Shown here piece by piece: positions 39,897 to 50,902 of a stretch of 64,000 nt of DNA. Position 1 is the stretch's first letter. Each line of letters opens with the position of its first letter. The notes below the pieces were generated by a model. It worked only from the letters and a program-made list of their open reading frames with translations. It was not told the origin of the DNA and did not search any database. Source of the stretch: an uncultured delta proteobacterium (GTDB taxonomy: Bacteria; Myxococcota_A; Polyangia; Fen-1088); assembly GCA_963796685.1 (NCBI GenBank), contig CAWCMR010000025.1, positions 2,059,623 through 2,123,622 on the forward strand, read 5' to 3'. Made by a program: the position numbers and the translations under genes.

Positions 39897-40400
39897 CTAT
39901 TGGTTGCAAGTCGCGGCGGCTGCGCCCTGGCACGCGATGGGGGTCGGAGCCCCAATCGATGGGTTGAGGAAGTCCTTGCACAGACAGAGCTTCTGGCAGC
40001 AGATGTTGCCCTTTACGAAGGCGATCCCGCAGGAAAAACCCAGCTTGCAACGCGTGTCTAGCGGGTTGTTCGTGTCGCGTGTCTGCCCGTCGCAGTCGCT
40101 GTCCTGAGAGCAGCTGGCGGAACAGTAGGCGCTGGTGGGAGGATCGACCGACGGCGCTCCTTGCTGAACCACAGGCTTGAGGCAGATTCGACTCGGGCAC
40201 TCGAGGGCCTCGGAGTTGTAAACGCCCTGAGCCGGGCCGGCATCCGGAACAAGAACATCGCAATGGCGACCGATGGCCTTGTCTTCGCACCCTGTGCTGC
40301 CAACTAAGGCCATAACGGCTAGCGGCAAGGCGCCCAAAAGAGTCAGGCGCAGCAGAGCTGGTCGCAGCTTGTGGGTTTTGGCACGCGGATTCTGGCTCAT
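39897..40400 (-). CDS. cglC: Adventurous-gliding Cys-rich lipoprotein CglC/GltK
   Basis: Lipobox STG-C, IGRHC, ALECPSRICL, YCSASCSQDSDC, CCQKLCLC; divergent from gltC. Confidence 0.7.
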   Translation of the reverse strand: MSQNPRAKTHKLRPALLRLTLLGALPLAVMALVGSTGCEDKAIGRHCDVLVPDAGPAQGVYNSEALECPSRICLKPVVQQGAPSVDPPTSAYCSASCSQDSDCDGQTRDTNNPLDTRCKLGFSCGIAFVKGNICCQKLCLCKDFLNPSIGAPTPIACQGAAAATCNQ

Positions 40401-40467
40401 CGAAGGACTCCTTCTGTCCGGTTGGGCCGCGAAGATACTCAAGTACGTCTAGGCGCCAAGGACGGCC

Positions 40468-40495
40468 ATCTTAGCGAGGCAAGGCATCATGTCAA
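40468..40495 (-). promoter_or_regulatory. sigma70 promoter for cglC
   Basis: Minus strand TTGACA-16 bp-TAAGAT. Confidence 0.6.
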
Positions 40496-40576
40496 CAGGG
40501 AATCGCACTTCCGATCATCCCGGTTTTGTTTCGCGGATCCGCGATGTTAGAGCGCGCAGCGGTGAATGGTTCTCGC

Positions 40577-40605
40577 TTGACACTGCAGATCGCCCTGCCT
40601 AGGAT
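40577..40605 (+). promoter_or_regulatory. sigma70 promoter for the glt operon
   Basis: TTGACA-17 bp-TAGGAT. Confidence 0.75.
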
Positions 40606-40611
40606 GGCTCG

Positions 40612-40727
40612 GTTTTATAGCCTATCAACGACGATCATGTGCTGCTCTCCCGACGGTAAGTCGGGAATGTGGTGCGTGAACGCCCACCTCCTTATTGATC
40701 TGGATCGTGTGTTGAGGTAGGCAAAAC
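40612..40727 (+). ncRNA. Candidate structured 5' leader or sRNA, family unknown
   Basis: Long closing stem with two internal hairpins, starting at the predicted TSS (see findings). Confidence 0.45.
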
Positions 40728-40804
40728 GATTCCGAATTGCAGGCCATTTCATCATTTGCTCGTCCCAATCTTCACGGGCGGGCACCACCTTGTGAGGTCC
40801 ATCC

Positions 40805-42620
40805 ATGAGCCGTGAAAAGGGTTGCGCTCTGTTCCTCGTGTTCGCGTTCACCGTGGCAGTCGTTCCAAACGCCATGGCGAAGAGGAGGTCCAAGTCTTCA
40901 GGCGCGGGAGAGCCTTCGTCGGAGTCGGGATCGAGCAGGGGCAAGTCGAAGGGCGACGCCGCAACTCTGACGGGTGGCGGTGGCGGCGACTCCGTCGCGC
41001 GCGGTGACAAGTTCTACGACGGCAAGAACTATTACATGGCCTCCATCGAGTACAACAAGGCGCTCGAGGATCAGGGCGGCGACGAGCTCAGCAAGCAGGA
41101 GGCCGAGTTCAAGATGGGGAAGACCCTCTACAAGCTCCACTTCTACTCCGCCTCCATCAGCTATTTCGACCGCGTCGTGCAGAAGGGCAACGCGCACCCC
41201 CATTACAACGAGACCCTGCAGTGGTTGGCCGCTCTGACGCGAGACGTGCCGGACTCCGCGGGCGTGCTCGAAAAAATCGGCAAGTACGACCGGAGCGAGC
41301 TCGAGAACCCGCAGCTTTCGGCCGTTCGCGACGAGCTCTACTTCCTGCTTGGCAAGTACAACTACACCAAGAACAAGTTCAAGGACGCGGTCGACCTTTT
41401 CAACCAGGTGAACCCGAAGAGTCCCTTCTACGTGCAGGCCAAGCTGTTCGAGGGCGCGACCTTCGTCCGCCAATACGAGGCCAAGCCCGCGGTGGAGGCT
41501 TTCAAGGAGGTTTTGCGCGTGGCCGAGGAGAAGCTCGGATCCCAAGGTCCGTCCGTTCCAGGATCTGGCCAACCTGTCGCTCGCTCGCGTCTTCTACTCG
41601 ACGGGTCAGTTCGTGCTGGCGACGAAGTACTTCGACCGCGTGTCGCCCGATTCCTATGACTGGCCAAACAGCTTGTTCGAGTCGTCCTGGGCGAACTTCA
41701 TGCTCAAGCAGGCCGGGTACTCGAAGGCGCTCGGTAACATCCACACGCTGCGTGCGCCGTTCTTCGAGTACTTCATCAAGCCCGAGTCGGCCGCCGAGGC
41801 CCTCACCGTCAAGGCGACCATCTACTTCTACAACTGCCTCTTCGATCGCGCGAGCGACGCCATGACGGAATTCGACGAGAGCGTGCCGGACATCAAGAAA
41901 GGTTTGGACGAGCTGCTCAAGAAGTACCAGGGGGACAACGCCCAGTTCTTCGATCAGGCGGTCAAGATCCGAATGGGACGTTCCGGCATGAAGGCCGTGG
42001 TCGAGCGCGCGGCACGCGCCGTGCTCACCGACCGCAGCTTGGCCAAGCGCTTCGAATACGTGCGCGAGCTGGACAAGGAGATGGGCCAATACGAAAAGGC
42101 CGATGTGGCTTGGAAGTCGACCGCGGTCGCCACCAACGTCTCCTCCGATATCGGCGTCAATCGCGCCCTCATGGTCAACGAGGCGGGCGAAATGGCGCGC
42201 AAGCGCATCGAGCGCCTGGTGAGCGAGCTCTCCGCACTCATCGTCCGCGTGACCAAGATCAAATACGAAATCCTCGAGGGTGAGAAGCGGCAAGAGGAAG
42301 AGGATCTGCGCGACGAGCAGTTGAAGAACCGCAACCGCAAGGCCAAGGACATCGTCACCATCAACGTCGACGACGAGCACCAGTTCTGGCCGTTCACCGG
42401 CGAATACTGGCGCGACGAGCTTGGCTACTACCGCTACAAGCTGGCCAACAAGTGCGGCCAGTCGGGAACGCCGGAAGGTGCGCCTCAGAGCGCGATGCCC
42501 GGTACCGAGGGCGGGGGCGAGCCGGGAGAGGGGACTACCGAGCCCGCGACGTCGCCCGCGACGCCGCCCACCGAGGGATCGGCACCGGCCAGCGAGCCCG
42601 CTGCGCCGGCAGGAGATTAG
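40805..42620 (+). CDS. gltC: Adventurous-gliding TPR protein GltC-like; +1 frameshift near 41530
   Basis: Signal peptide, TPRs, KALGNIHTL.APFF, C-terminal DDEHQFWPFTGEYWRDELGYY motif. Confidence 0.75.
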
Positions 42621-42659
42621 GGATATTTGGGACTTCCACCGAGGGACAAGGAAACAACC

Positions 42660-45600
42660 ATGACGTGTAATCGACTCTTCGTTCGCTATGTCTCGCTCGC
42701 CGCCTTTCTCACGGTGGGTGCCTACGGCGCCCAAGTGGCTCGTGCCGAGGCCAAATTCAAGAAGAAGGAAATCGAGGTCTCGGGCGGCCAGCAGACCCAG
42801 CTGACCAAGCCGCAAGAACCCGTCAAGGAACAGCACAAGCAGACGGGGCCGACGCTGACCGTGGACGCGTTCGTGGGGCAGCAGCGCGACAAGATCAACA
42901 AGATCACCGATCGGCAAATCAAGTACATGCTGGACTTGGTTCGCAACTCGACCGATGACGATCCGCAGAAGCCGGACTATCTGTTCCGCCTCGGCGAGCT
43001 CTTCGCCGACAAGCAGCGCAACTTCTCCTTCGAGGCACGTGGCTTGGATCAGAAGATCTTCGAGGCCCAGCAGGCGAAGAACAGCGGCCAGGCCGCAAGC
43101 CTGAAGCAGAAGCAGCAGCAGTACGACAAGGCGGCGGAGAAGCTGTCTTTGGAGGCGGTCAAGAGCTACGTCGCGGCTTCCAAGTATCCCAAGTACAACC
43201 GCATGGACGAGGTGCTCTTCCGCCTCGCCTACCTTCTTCAGATGATCAAGAAGGAGGATCAGGCCCGCGAGTTCTTCCACCGCCTGATCAAGGACTTCCC
43301 CCAGTCCAAGTACGTGCCGAACGCGTACCTCTCCTTCGCCGAATACTACTTTGGCAAGGGCGAGATGGAGAACGCCGGCAAGTTCTACGAGAAGGTCGAG
43401 CAGTTCCCCGGTTCGTCGGTGTTCGGCTTCGCCCTCTACAAGCAAGGGTGGGTTCAGATCAACCTGGGCAACTTCAAGGGCGCGCTGGAGATCTTCGTCA
43501 AGGTCATCCAGCTTTGCCAGAACGGCAAGATTCCCAAGAACCAGGCTGGTCCGCTCCAGAAGGAAGCGAAGAAGGACTTGGTCAAGGCCTACGCCAGGAC
43601 GCCCGGCGCCAACCCCGACAAGGCCTGGGATTTCTTCCAGAGGATGGGGGGCGACTACGCGCCCAAGATGCTCGAGTCGCTGGCCGAGCTCTACTGGGAG
43701 CAAGGCATGTTCCCCGAGTCGTCGAAGATCTATCGCAAGATCATGGCGCTCAACGAAAAGTCGCCGCGACTGTGCGAGTGGCAGAACAAGATCCTGCGCA
43801 ACACGCTCTCGGCCGGCAACAAGCGGGATCAGGTCCAGGAGCTCAAGCGCCTCGGTAACGTGTACGAGGCGATGACCAAGCGACAGGACGTCAAGAAGGA
43901 CGTCATGAGCGAGTGCAAGAACTCCTTCCACGACACCAGCAAAGAGCTCGCGCTCATCTGGCACAAGGAAGCGCAGCGCACGAAGAACGCCGACACCTAC
44001 CAGCTGGCCGGCATGGTGTACAAGGAGTTCCTCAGCCACTTCAACAACGAGAAGGACACCCCGGAGATCACCTTCTACTACGGTGAAATCCTGTGGCAGA
44101 TGAACGCGTGGAAAGAGGCGGCCGAGACCTACACCCACGTCGTCGAGCTGGATCCCAAGGGCAAGTACGTGAAGGAGTCGGCGTACGCGGCCGTGCTGGC
44201 GTGGAAGAACGCGCTCAACATCAGCGACAGCGGCGATTCGGTCGACAAGGACAAGGGCAAGGAAAAAGACCTGAAGCCACGCCCGATCCCCGAGTTCCAG
44301 AAGAAGATGATCGACGCCTTCGACACCTACATCAAGTACGTGCCGGATGCGCCGGAGCTGGTGAAGATCAAGTACCGCAAGGCGCGCGTCTTCTACGACT
44401 ACAACCACTTCGACGAGGCCATCAAGCTGTTCGCCGACATCGTCGATCATCACCCCACGGACGAGCTGGCCATCTACTCGGCGAACCTCCTGCTCGACTG
44501 CCTCAACATCCTCAAGCACTACAAGGAGCTGCTGGCGACGGTGGAGAAGTACTTGGCGAACCCGGTTCTCATGAAGGACGAGGAGTTCCGCAAGCAAATG
44601 GTGTCGCTCAAGACCGACAGCCTGGTTGCCGAGGCGAAGCAATACGAGAAGGAAAAGAATTACAAGGAGTGTGGCATCTCCTTCGTGGCCGCGGCCGAGA
44701 CCATTCCGGACCACAAGGATCATGCCCAGCGCCTCTACAACGCCGGACTATGCTTCCAGAACGCGCGCCTCATCGGTCAGGCCATCAAGGCCCGCGAGGA
44801 GCTCATCAAGGACCACCCCAAGGACGTCTTGGCGCAACGGGCGCTGTTCCAGATTGCGTCCGGCTACCACCAGCTCGCCTACTACTCCGAGGCGGCCAAG
44901 CGCTACGAGGAATTCGCGGGCAAGTTCCCGGGTGAGAAACAGGCCTTCACCGCTCTCGGTAACGCCTACTCTTTCCGCATCGGCCTCGGCGAGTTCGACA
45001 AGGCCATCGACGATATGAACAGCTTCGTCAAGTACTACGGCGACAAGAAGCCGGCGGACACGGCGAACGTCGTGTTCCAGATGAGCGAGGTCTACGAGAA
45101 GCAGAACAAGACCGACGAGCTCGCCAAGCACCTCGAGGCCTACCTCAAGAAGTGGGGCGCCAGAGGCGGCATCGACAAGCAGATTCTCGCGCACTTCAAG
45201 CTGGGCGAGATCGCCTGGAAGAAGTCCTGCCCGCAAGAAGGCGTGAACGGCGCATGCCTCAAGGTCGAGCGCGTGGCCATGAACGGCCGCAGCAAGGCCC
45301 TCTATGCGATCAACAGCAAGATCAAGGACAAGAAGAAGAAGCTCAAGGAGAAGCTGCGCACGCAGTGTGGTCCGCCCACCAGCTCGAAGATCACGGTCTA
45401 CGATCGCTCCTCCAAGCCCGCCTCGGAAGCACAGAAGCACTTCAGCGAGGTGCTCAAGCTGTGGGCCAGGGGTGAGGCCGAGAAGAAGCTGTCGAGCCAG
45501 GTGCCCAATGCCGGCGAAGCCGCCGCGCGCGACGTCTTCATGCGTTTCGCGGTGGCAGGTGCCGCCTTCTACCAGGCCGAGCAGGTCTACGAGCAGTTCC

Positions 45601-46208
45601 TCAAGGTGAAGTTCCCACAGGGACTCGACTTCCAGCAGCCGACCCAGTTCGACAGCAAGCGGGTCGCCGAAGCGAAGAAGAAGAAGTTCGAGGACTCGCA
45701 GAAGAAGTTCCTGGCCTACCTCACCGACAAGAGCAAGCTGGCCGAGCGTTTGGCGGGGCCGAGCAAGGACAAGAAGGGTATGTACGACTTCGTGCTCGAC
45801 TATCACGTCGCGCACTGGACCATCGCCGCGTCGGCCCGCATCGGGCAAATCTTCGCCGACTTCGTCAACCAGCTCTACACCGCGGAGATTCCAAAGGATC
45901 TGAAGGAGCAGGACGAGTGGGGGAACAGGCCCCGCGAAATCTTCTGCGACGCCTTGGTCGACAAGGCCGAGCCGATCGAGTCGAAAGCTGTCTTCGGCTA
46001 CGATCTCTGCCTCAAGGCGGCCACGGAGCAGTCGTGGTTCAACGAGTGGTCGACCTTGTGCGAGGTCGAGCTCAACCAGCTCAAGCCAAGCGAATATCCC
46101 CTCGCAGCTGAGGCCAAGCCAGAGCCGGGCTATGTATCGACGCCCATCACTCCGGCCGCCATCATCTCCGAGTTGCCCGACGACGTTCAGGTTAATACGA
46201 AGGATTAG
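42660..46208 (+). CDS. gltD: Adventurous-gliding TPR protein GltD/AgmU-like
   Basis: Signal peptide; ~1,180 aa of TPRs; C-terminal WFNEWSTLCE.ELN; synteny. Confidence 0.75.
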   Translation: MTCNRLFVRYVSLAAFLTVGAYGAQVARAEAKFKKKEIEVSGGQQTQLTKPQEPVKEQHKQTGPTLTVDAFVGQQRDKINKITDRQIKYMLDLVRNSTDDDPQKPDYLFRLGELFADKQRNFSFEARGLDQKIFEAQQAKNSGQAASLKQKQQQYDKAAEKLSLEAVKSYVAASKYPKYNRMDEVLFRLAYLLQMIKKEDQAREFFHRLIKDFPQSKYVPNAYLSFAEYYFGKGEMENAGKFYEKVEQFPGSSVFGFALYKQGWVQINLGNFKGALEIFVKVIQLCQNGKIPKNQAGPLQKEAKKDLVKAYARTPGANPDKAWDFFQRMGGDYAPKMLESLAELYWEQGMFPESSKIYRKIMALNEKSPRLCEWQNKILRNTLSAGNKRDQVQELKRLGNVYEAMTKRQDVKKDVMSECKNSFHDTSKELALIWHKEAQRTKNADTYQLAGMVYKEFLSHFNNEKDTPEITFYYGEILWQMNAWKEAAETYTHVVELDPKGKYVKESAYAAVLAWKNALNISDSGDSVDKDKGKEKDLKPRPIPEFQKKMIDAFDTYIKYVPDAPELVKIKYRKARVFYDYNHFDEAIKLFADIVDHHPTDELAIYSANLLLDCLNILKHYKELLATVEKYLANPVLMKDEEFRKQMVSLKTDSLVAEAKQYEKEKNYKECGISFVAAAETIPDHKDHAQRLYNAGLCFQNARLIGQAIKAREELIKDHPKDVLAQRALFQIASGYHQLAYYSEAAKRYEEFAGKFPGEKQAFTALGNAYSFRIGLGEFDKAIDDMNSFVKYYGDKKPADTANVVFQMSEVYEKQNKTDELAKHLEAYLKKWGARGGIDKQILAHFKLGEIAWKKSCPQEGVNGACLKVERVAMNGRSKALYAINSKIKDKKKKLKEKLRTQCGPPTSSKITVYDRSSKPASEAQKHFSEVLKLWARGEAEKKLSSQVPNAGEAAARDVFMRFAVAGAAFYQAEQVYEQFLKVKFPQGLDFQQPTQFDSKRVAEAKKKKFEDSQKKFLAYLTDKSKLAERLAGPSKDKKGMYDFVLDYHVAHWTIAASARIGQIFADFVNQLYTAEIPKDLKEQDEWGNRPREIFCDALVDKAEPIESKAVFGYDLCLKAATEQSWFNEWSTLCEVELNQLKPSEYPLAAEAKPEPGYVSTPITPAAIISELPDDVQVNTKD

Positions 46209-46217
46209 GAGCCAGGA

Positions 46218-48125
46218 ATGACCATGCACGGACGACTTGGAATGTGGTCACTCAAGACCGTTTTTGCTGCCTCTGCCCTGGCCCTGCTGGTCGGCGGCTG
46301 CGCATCCTCAAACTCCGCCGCCAAGAAGGACAAGCTTCCCGACGAAGAGGAAGGTTGGGCCCCTGGGGCAGCGCCCAAGGCGGGAAACACCGGCCCGGCA
46401 GAAATCCCCTTTGCCAAGCGGAAGACGTCGGGGCGGATGATCACGGAGGATCTGAAAGAGGACTACGAGAAGGCGGTCACCAACTACCAGAACGCGAAGA
46501 AGAATGGGCCTCTCAGCCCCTCTGATTGCAGTTCTTTGGCCAGCGCCTTCAAGAAGATCGCGGACAAGGATCCGCAGCTCCTCGAGGCTCGCGACAATGA
46601 GGCGACCATCTACCTCGAGTGTGGCGAGAAGGACAAGGCGGTCGGCATCTGGAATTCGCTGACCAGTGGCCCCAAACCCTACGCTCCAGCACTCGCGAAC
46701 TTGGGATATCTGGCCTGGCAAGGCGGGAACAAGGCCAATGCGGAGTCACTTTTCAACCGTGCTGTGCAGGCCGATCCGCTGATCGGATCGATCTATGCCC
46801 GCATCAACCTGGCGCAAATCTTGCGCGAGCAGGCGAGAACGGCCACCAGCGCGGAGCAGAAAAAGGCCCTGAACGACCAGGCGGTTCGCCATCTACGTAC
46901 CGTCTTGGCGCTCGATGGCAACAACCTCCAGGCGTACGCGGGCTTGACCTACATCTACTTCGATTTGGGGCTTCCCGACGCGGCCAAGCTCGTGGGTGCG
47001 CAGGCCATCAAGCGGGCCAAGGAAATTGCAACCGGCAAGTTCGAGGATGAGTCCACGGTCGCGGAGGAAGTGGCGAAGAAGGGCAGGAAGCTGAAGGCCA
47101 AGAAGGAGAAGGCGAAGGAGGAGGCCAAGGAGGAGCAAGGGGGCAAGGCCGCCGCTGAAGACGAGGGCACGGGTGGTGCAGGCTACACGACGGAAATGAA
47201 GAAGGCCGTCGCGGTCGTGTACAACACGCTCGGTATGATCTCTCTGTCGAAGAAGAACTACACCGAGGCGATCAAGAACTACACCCGTGCGGTCCAGTTC
47301 GACCCGACGCTTTACGAAGCTCGCCTGAACCTGGCCGCGCTTTCGCTCAAGTTTCGCAACTACGATACCGCGGAGCAGAATCTTCGCGAAGTCCTGAAGG
47401 CCCAACCCAAGAACTACGAGGCCATCATCGGGCTTGGGGTGGCACTTCGTGGCAACAAGAAGTTCGACGAAGCGGAAGCCGAGTACAACCGGGCGAGGAC
47501 CATGGACCCGCAACGCCCCGAAGCCTACTTCAACCTTGGCATCCTCTATCAGGAGTACAAGGGTGGGAGCGACAGGCCCATGCTGCAAAAGGCGCAGGGG
47601 TACTACAAAGACTATCTGTCTCGCTCCCAGTCGCCGAAAATGCGCAAGGACGCGGAGAAGCGCATCAAGGATATCGACGAGACCTTCGCGGCCTTGAAAG
47701 AGGCCGACCAGATGATGAAGGAAGCCGAAGAGATGCAGCGCAAGGCCGAGGCGCAGCAGAAGGCCATGGAAGAGCAGATGAAGAAGCAGGAGGCGGCCGA
47801 AAAGGCCCAGGTGGAGGCCGACAAGAAGAAGGCCGAGGACGACAAGCTCAAGGCCGAGGCAGACAAGAAGAAGGCGGAAGAGGACAAGGCCAAGGCCGCC
47901 GAGGACAAGAAGAAGGCTGCTGCGGACAAGAAATTGGCGGACGAGGAGAAGGCCAAGAAGCCCGCGGACCCGAAGGATGTCGCGGACCCCAAGACCAAAG
48001 CGACCCCCGACAAGGCGACCGGGACGCCAGCCCCTGCGGTGGCTGACGATAAGGGCGACAAGTCCGACAAGGACAATGCTGACGCGGCGAAAAAGCCAGC
48101 GGACAGCAAGAAAAAGAAGAAATAG
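46218..48125 (+). CDS. gltE: Adventurous-gliding TPR lipoprotein GltE/AglT-like with K/A/E/D-rich tail
   Basis: Lipobox LVGG-C; TPRs; lies between gltD and gltF. Confidence 0.7.
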   Translation: MTMHGRLGMWSLKTVFAASALALLVGGCASSNSAAKKDKLPDEEEGWAPGAAPKAGNTGPAEIPFAKRKTSGRMITEDLKEDYEKAVTNYQNAKKNGPLSPSDCSSLASAFKKIADKDPQLLEARDNEATIYLECGEKDKAVGIWNSLTSGPKPYAPALANLGYLAWQGGNKANAESLFNRAVQADPLIGSIYARINLAQILREQARTATSAEQKKALNDQAVRHLRTVLALDGNNLQAYAGLTYIYFDLGLPDAAKLVGAQAIKRAKEIATGKFEDESTVAEEVAKKGRKLKAKKEKAKEEAKEEQGGKAAAEDEGTGGAGYTTEMKKAVAVVYNTLGMISLSKKNYTEAIKNYTRAVQFDPTLYEARLNLAALSLKFRNYDTAEQNLREVLKAQPKNYEAIIGLGVALRGNKKFDEAEAEYNRARTMDPQRPEAYFNLGILYQEYKGGSDRPMLQKAQGYYKDYLSRSQSPKMRKDAEKRIKDIDETFAALKEADQMMKEAEEMQRKAEAQQKAMEEQMKKQEAAEKAQVEADKKKAEDDKLKAEADKKKAEEDKAKAAEDKKKAAADKKLADEEKAKKPADPKDVADPKTKATPDKATGTPAPAVADDKGDKSDKDNADAAKKPADSKKKKK

Positions 48126-48241
48126 AGGGTAGACTCCCCTTCGCGGACGGTTTCCAAAGAAATTTTGGAACTTTGTCCGGTTCCAGTTGTCAGTAGGAGC
48201 GGGTCAAAGTACCCGCCCCGAATGAGCAAGGAGAAGGCGCC

Positions 48242-48496
48242 ATGAAGACTCTGGCAATGATAGTGGTTCTGAGCTTGACAGCAGGGGTGGGGACCGCGCT
48301 CGCACAAGAGGCGGGTGATAACGCAACCTACAAGTCCAAGACGGTGTACGACTTCGAAGACGATAACGTCGAAGGGGATCTGCAGCGTCCTGACGGCGAG
48401 TTGGTGAACTCGATCAACAAGGCCCAGCACGAGAGCCTCATCGAAATCCGAAAAGACTTCATCCCTGAAATGCTCAAGTCGCTCGAAGACATCTAG
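48242..48496 (+). CDS. cglF: Adventurous-gliding protein CglF/GltF
   Basis: Signal peptide plus KTVYDFEDDNVEGDLQRPDGE..SLIEIRKDFIPEMLKS. Confidence 0.85.
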   Translation: MKTLAMIVVLSLTAGVGTALAQEAGDNATYKSKTVYDFEDDNVEGDLQRPDGELVNSINKAQHESLIEIRKDFIPEMLKSLEDI

Positions 48497-48595
48497 GCGC
48501 GGGCAGGGCCTTCTTGGCCATTTCCGTGACTGGACGCCTCGGCGCTGGCGGCGGCCTAGGGCCGCCGCTGTTGTAAGGAAGACAAGGAGAACGCC

Positions 48596-50851
48596 ATGGC
48601 CAACGCACCCATCCCCATTCAATTCCAGATTTACAAAGGGGATCAGCTGGTTCGAGAAGAGATCCTGAACGAGCCGGTGATCAAGATAGGCAAGCTGGCC
48701 TCCTCGCACCTTCGGCTCGAAGACGAGACGGTTTCGCGCATGCACGCAGTCGTCGAGGTCACCGGGCCGGGCGAGATCCAACTCATTGACCTCGGCTCGA
48801 CGCGCGGCACGACGGTCAACGGCGAGCGAATCAACAAGGCGATCCTGAAATCCGGCGATCAGGTCCAGTTTGGCGACACCCGCGTAGTCGTCAACTTCGG
48901 CGCCGCCGCGGCGGATGCTGACGCAACTCCCCCGCCAGCGGTCGTTCCGGCGCAGGCTGCGCACCAAGCACAGGCATTTCCTTCGACGATACAGTTCGCA
49001 CCGCAGCCGGCTGCGCCTGTACCCCAGTTTGCCCCTCCTGCGCAACCCGCGGCTCCGCAGCAATACGCGCCCCCGCAGCAGCAGTACGCGCCTCCGCAGC
49101 AGCAGTACGCGCCTCCGCAGACCCAGGCTCCCCAGGCTGGCCCAGTGGCGCCGACCTTCGGCGCGCCGGCTGGGCACGTCGCGGCCGAGGTGGAGCTGCT
49201 CGACGGCAGCAAGGCCATGGAGGTTCAATCCGTGTATCGCGGAGTGGTGATCAACACCCGCCACCTGACGGATCCATCCGGAAAGAGCACGGCGGGCCAG
49301 TCCAAGGCCTTCGTGGCTGCTGGTGCGGCGGTCGTGCTCATCGCTCTGATTACCTTCTTCATCACCATCGTCAACGCCGGACGCGAGAAGGAAAGGTACG
49401 AGAGGTACCTTGCCGACGGCGGAGACGCCAAGAACTTCCAGTGGGCGCGCCAGTCCCCGGTGCTCGATGTCACCGTCTTCGGCGGCCTGGCCCTCGGCAT
49501 CTCGCTGGTCTACATGGGCCTCAAGCGACGGACGAAGTCGACTCCGAACTACATCATCGGCTCCGATGTTCAGGCCGATACGCCGGTCGCCCCGGAGTTC
49601 ATCGGAAGCAGCTCGTTCTCCTTGGTTTCGCCCTCGGGCGCGGACTATATGGTCAACGTCACGCCCAACATGTCGGGCGAGGTCTACCTCGACGGCCAAA
49701 CCGTTCCCTTGCAGCAGTTCGTCCAGCAGCGTGGGCTCAGCTTCTCGCTTGGGGATCGCGGACGGGCCAAGATCGACTGCGGTGCGACCACCTTCCTGGT
49801 CAGCGCCACGCCCAAACCCCGAGCTTTGCCGGTGCCCTTCCTCATTTGGCGCTGGAGCGAGCAGGCTTACACCGTCGGAACGGCTGCGGCTCTTCTGCTC
49901 TTCCTGCTCATGATCTTCTCGGTTCCGCCGGATCCGAAGTCACTGTCTCTCGACCTCTTCAATGCGGATAGCCGCTTCGTCAACTTCCTCATCAAGCCCC
50001 CGGAGGAAAAGGAAGAAGAGATCCCCGAGTGGCTCAAGAAGAAGGGGCCCGACGAGCAGGGTGGCAAGGGCAAGCGCCACAAGGGCGAAGAGGGCAAGAT
50101 GGGCAAGAAGACCTCCAAGAACAAGGAGGGTCTGTACGGCCTCAAGGGTCCGAAGGACAACCCGGATCCGCACCTGGCGAAGAAGCTCGCCGAAGAGAAC
50201 GCGAAGAACGCCGGTATCTTGGGCGTGCTCAAGATGAACGAGGGTTCACACCTGGCTTCGATCTTCGGTCGTGACACGGCGGCGGGCTCCGATGCGGTCA
50301 ACGTGCTCGGCGGCCTCATCGGCAACGAGATCGGCGAGGCTTACGGCGTTGGCGGTCTTGGTCTGGTCGGAACTGGCACCGGTGGCGGTGGTACGGGTGA
50401 AGGCACCATCGGCCTCGGCAACTTCGGCACCATCGGCAAGGGCGGCGGCGGCGGCAATGGCTCGGGTTACGGTCGCGGTGCCGGTGGTCTCGGCGGGCGT
50501 CGGGCCAGGGCTCCAGACGTCATCCCCGGTCAAGCCAACGTGCGCGGCTCCCTCGACAAGGAGATCATCCGCCGCATCATTCGCCGCCACATCAACGAAG
50601 TGAAATACTGCTACGAATCGGAATTGACCAAGAAGGCGGATCTCTCGGGCCGTATCTCGGTTCAGTTCACCATCGCGGCCACGGGGCAAGTCATTGCCTC
50701 CGTGCTGCAAAGCTCGACCATGGGCAACCTCCGCGTTGAAAACTGCGTGGTGCAGTCCGTTCGACGCTGGGAGTTCCCGAAGCCGATGGGCGGCGGTATC
50801 GTCATCGTCTCGTATCCGTTCAACTTCACTGCCGGTGGGGCGGGCGAATAG
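48596..50851 (+). CDS. gltG: Adventurous-gliding protein GltG (FHA, TM, Gly-rich linker, TonB-C-like AgmX/PglI domain)
   Basis: FHA (KIGK..SRMHA..DLGSTRGTTVNG); P/Q linker; LDKEIIRRIIRRH..YCYE..FPKPMGGG. Confidence 0.85.
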   Translation: MANAPIPIQFQIYKGDQLVREEILNEPVIKIGKLASSHLRLEDETVSRMHAVVEVTGPGEIQLIDLGSTRGTTVNGERINKAILKSGDQVQFGDTRVVVNFGAAAADADATPPPAVVPAQAAHQAQAFPSTIQFAPQPAAPVPQFAPPAQPAAPQQYAPPQQQYAPPQQQYAPPQTQAPQAGPVAPTFGAPAGHVAAEVELLDGSKAMEVQSVYRGVVINTRHLTDPSGKSTAGQSKAFVAAGAAVVLIALITFFITIVNAGREKERYERYLADGGDAKNFQWARQSPVLDVTVFGGLALGISLVYMGLKRRTKSTPNYIIGSDVQADTPVAPEFIGSSSFSLVSPSGADYMVNVTPNMSGEVYLDGQTVPLQQFVQQRGLSFSLGDRGRAKIDCGATTFLVSATPKPRALPVPFLIWRWSEQAYTVGTAAALLLFLLMIFSVPPDPKSLSLDLFNADSRFVNFLIKPPEEKEEEIPEWLKKKGPDEQGGKGKRHKGEEGKMGKKTSKNKEGLYGLKGPKDNPDPHLAKKLAEENAKNAGILGVLKMNEGSHLASIFGRDTAAGSDAVNVLGGLIGNEIGEAYGVGGLGLVGTGTGGGGTGEGTIGLGNFGTIGKGGGGGNGSGYGRGAGGLGGRRARAPDVIPGQANVRGSLDKEIIRRIIRRHINEVKYCYESELTKKADLSGRISVQFTIAATGQVIASVLQSSTMGNLRVENCVVQSVRRWEFPKPMGGGIVIVSYPFNFTAGGAGE

Positions 50852-50902
50852 GGCCTTCGGGTCCGCACGATCTGGAAGGCCAGAGGAACAAGGGAGGTCA
50901 TC

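Noticed and set aside
40612-40727. 6S RNA, SRP RNA or c-di-GMP riboswitch
   Set aside because: Too short for 6S, lacks the SRP GGAA-loop motif and the GEMM consensus; kept as an unknown structure
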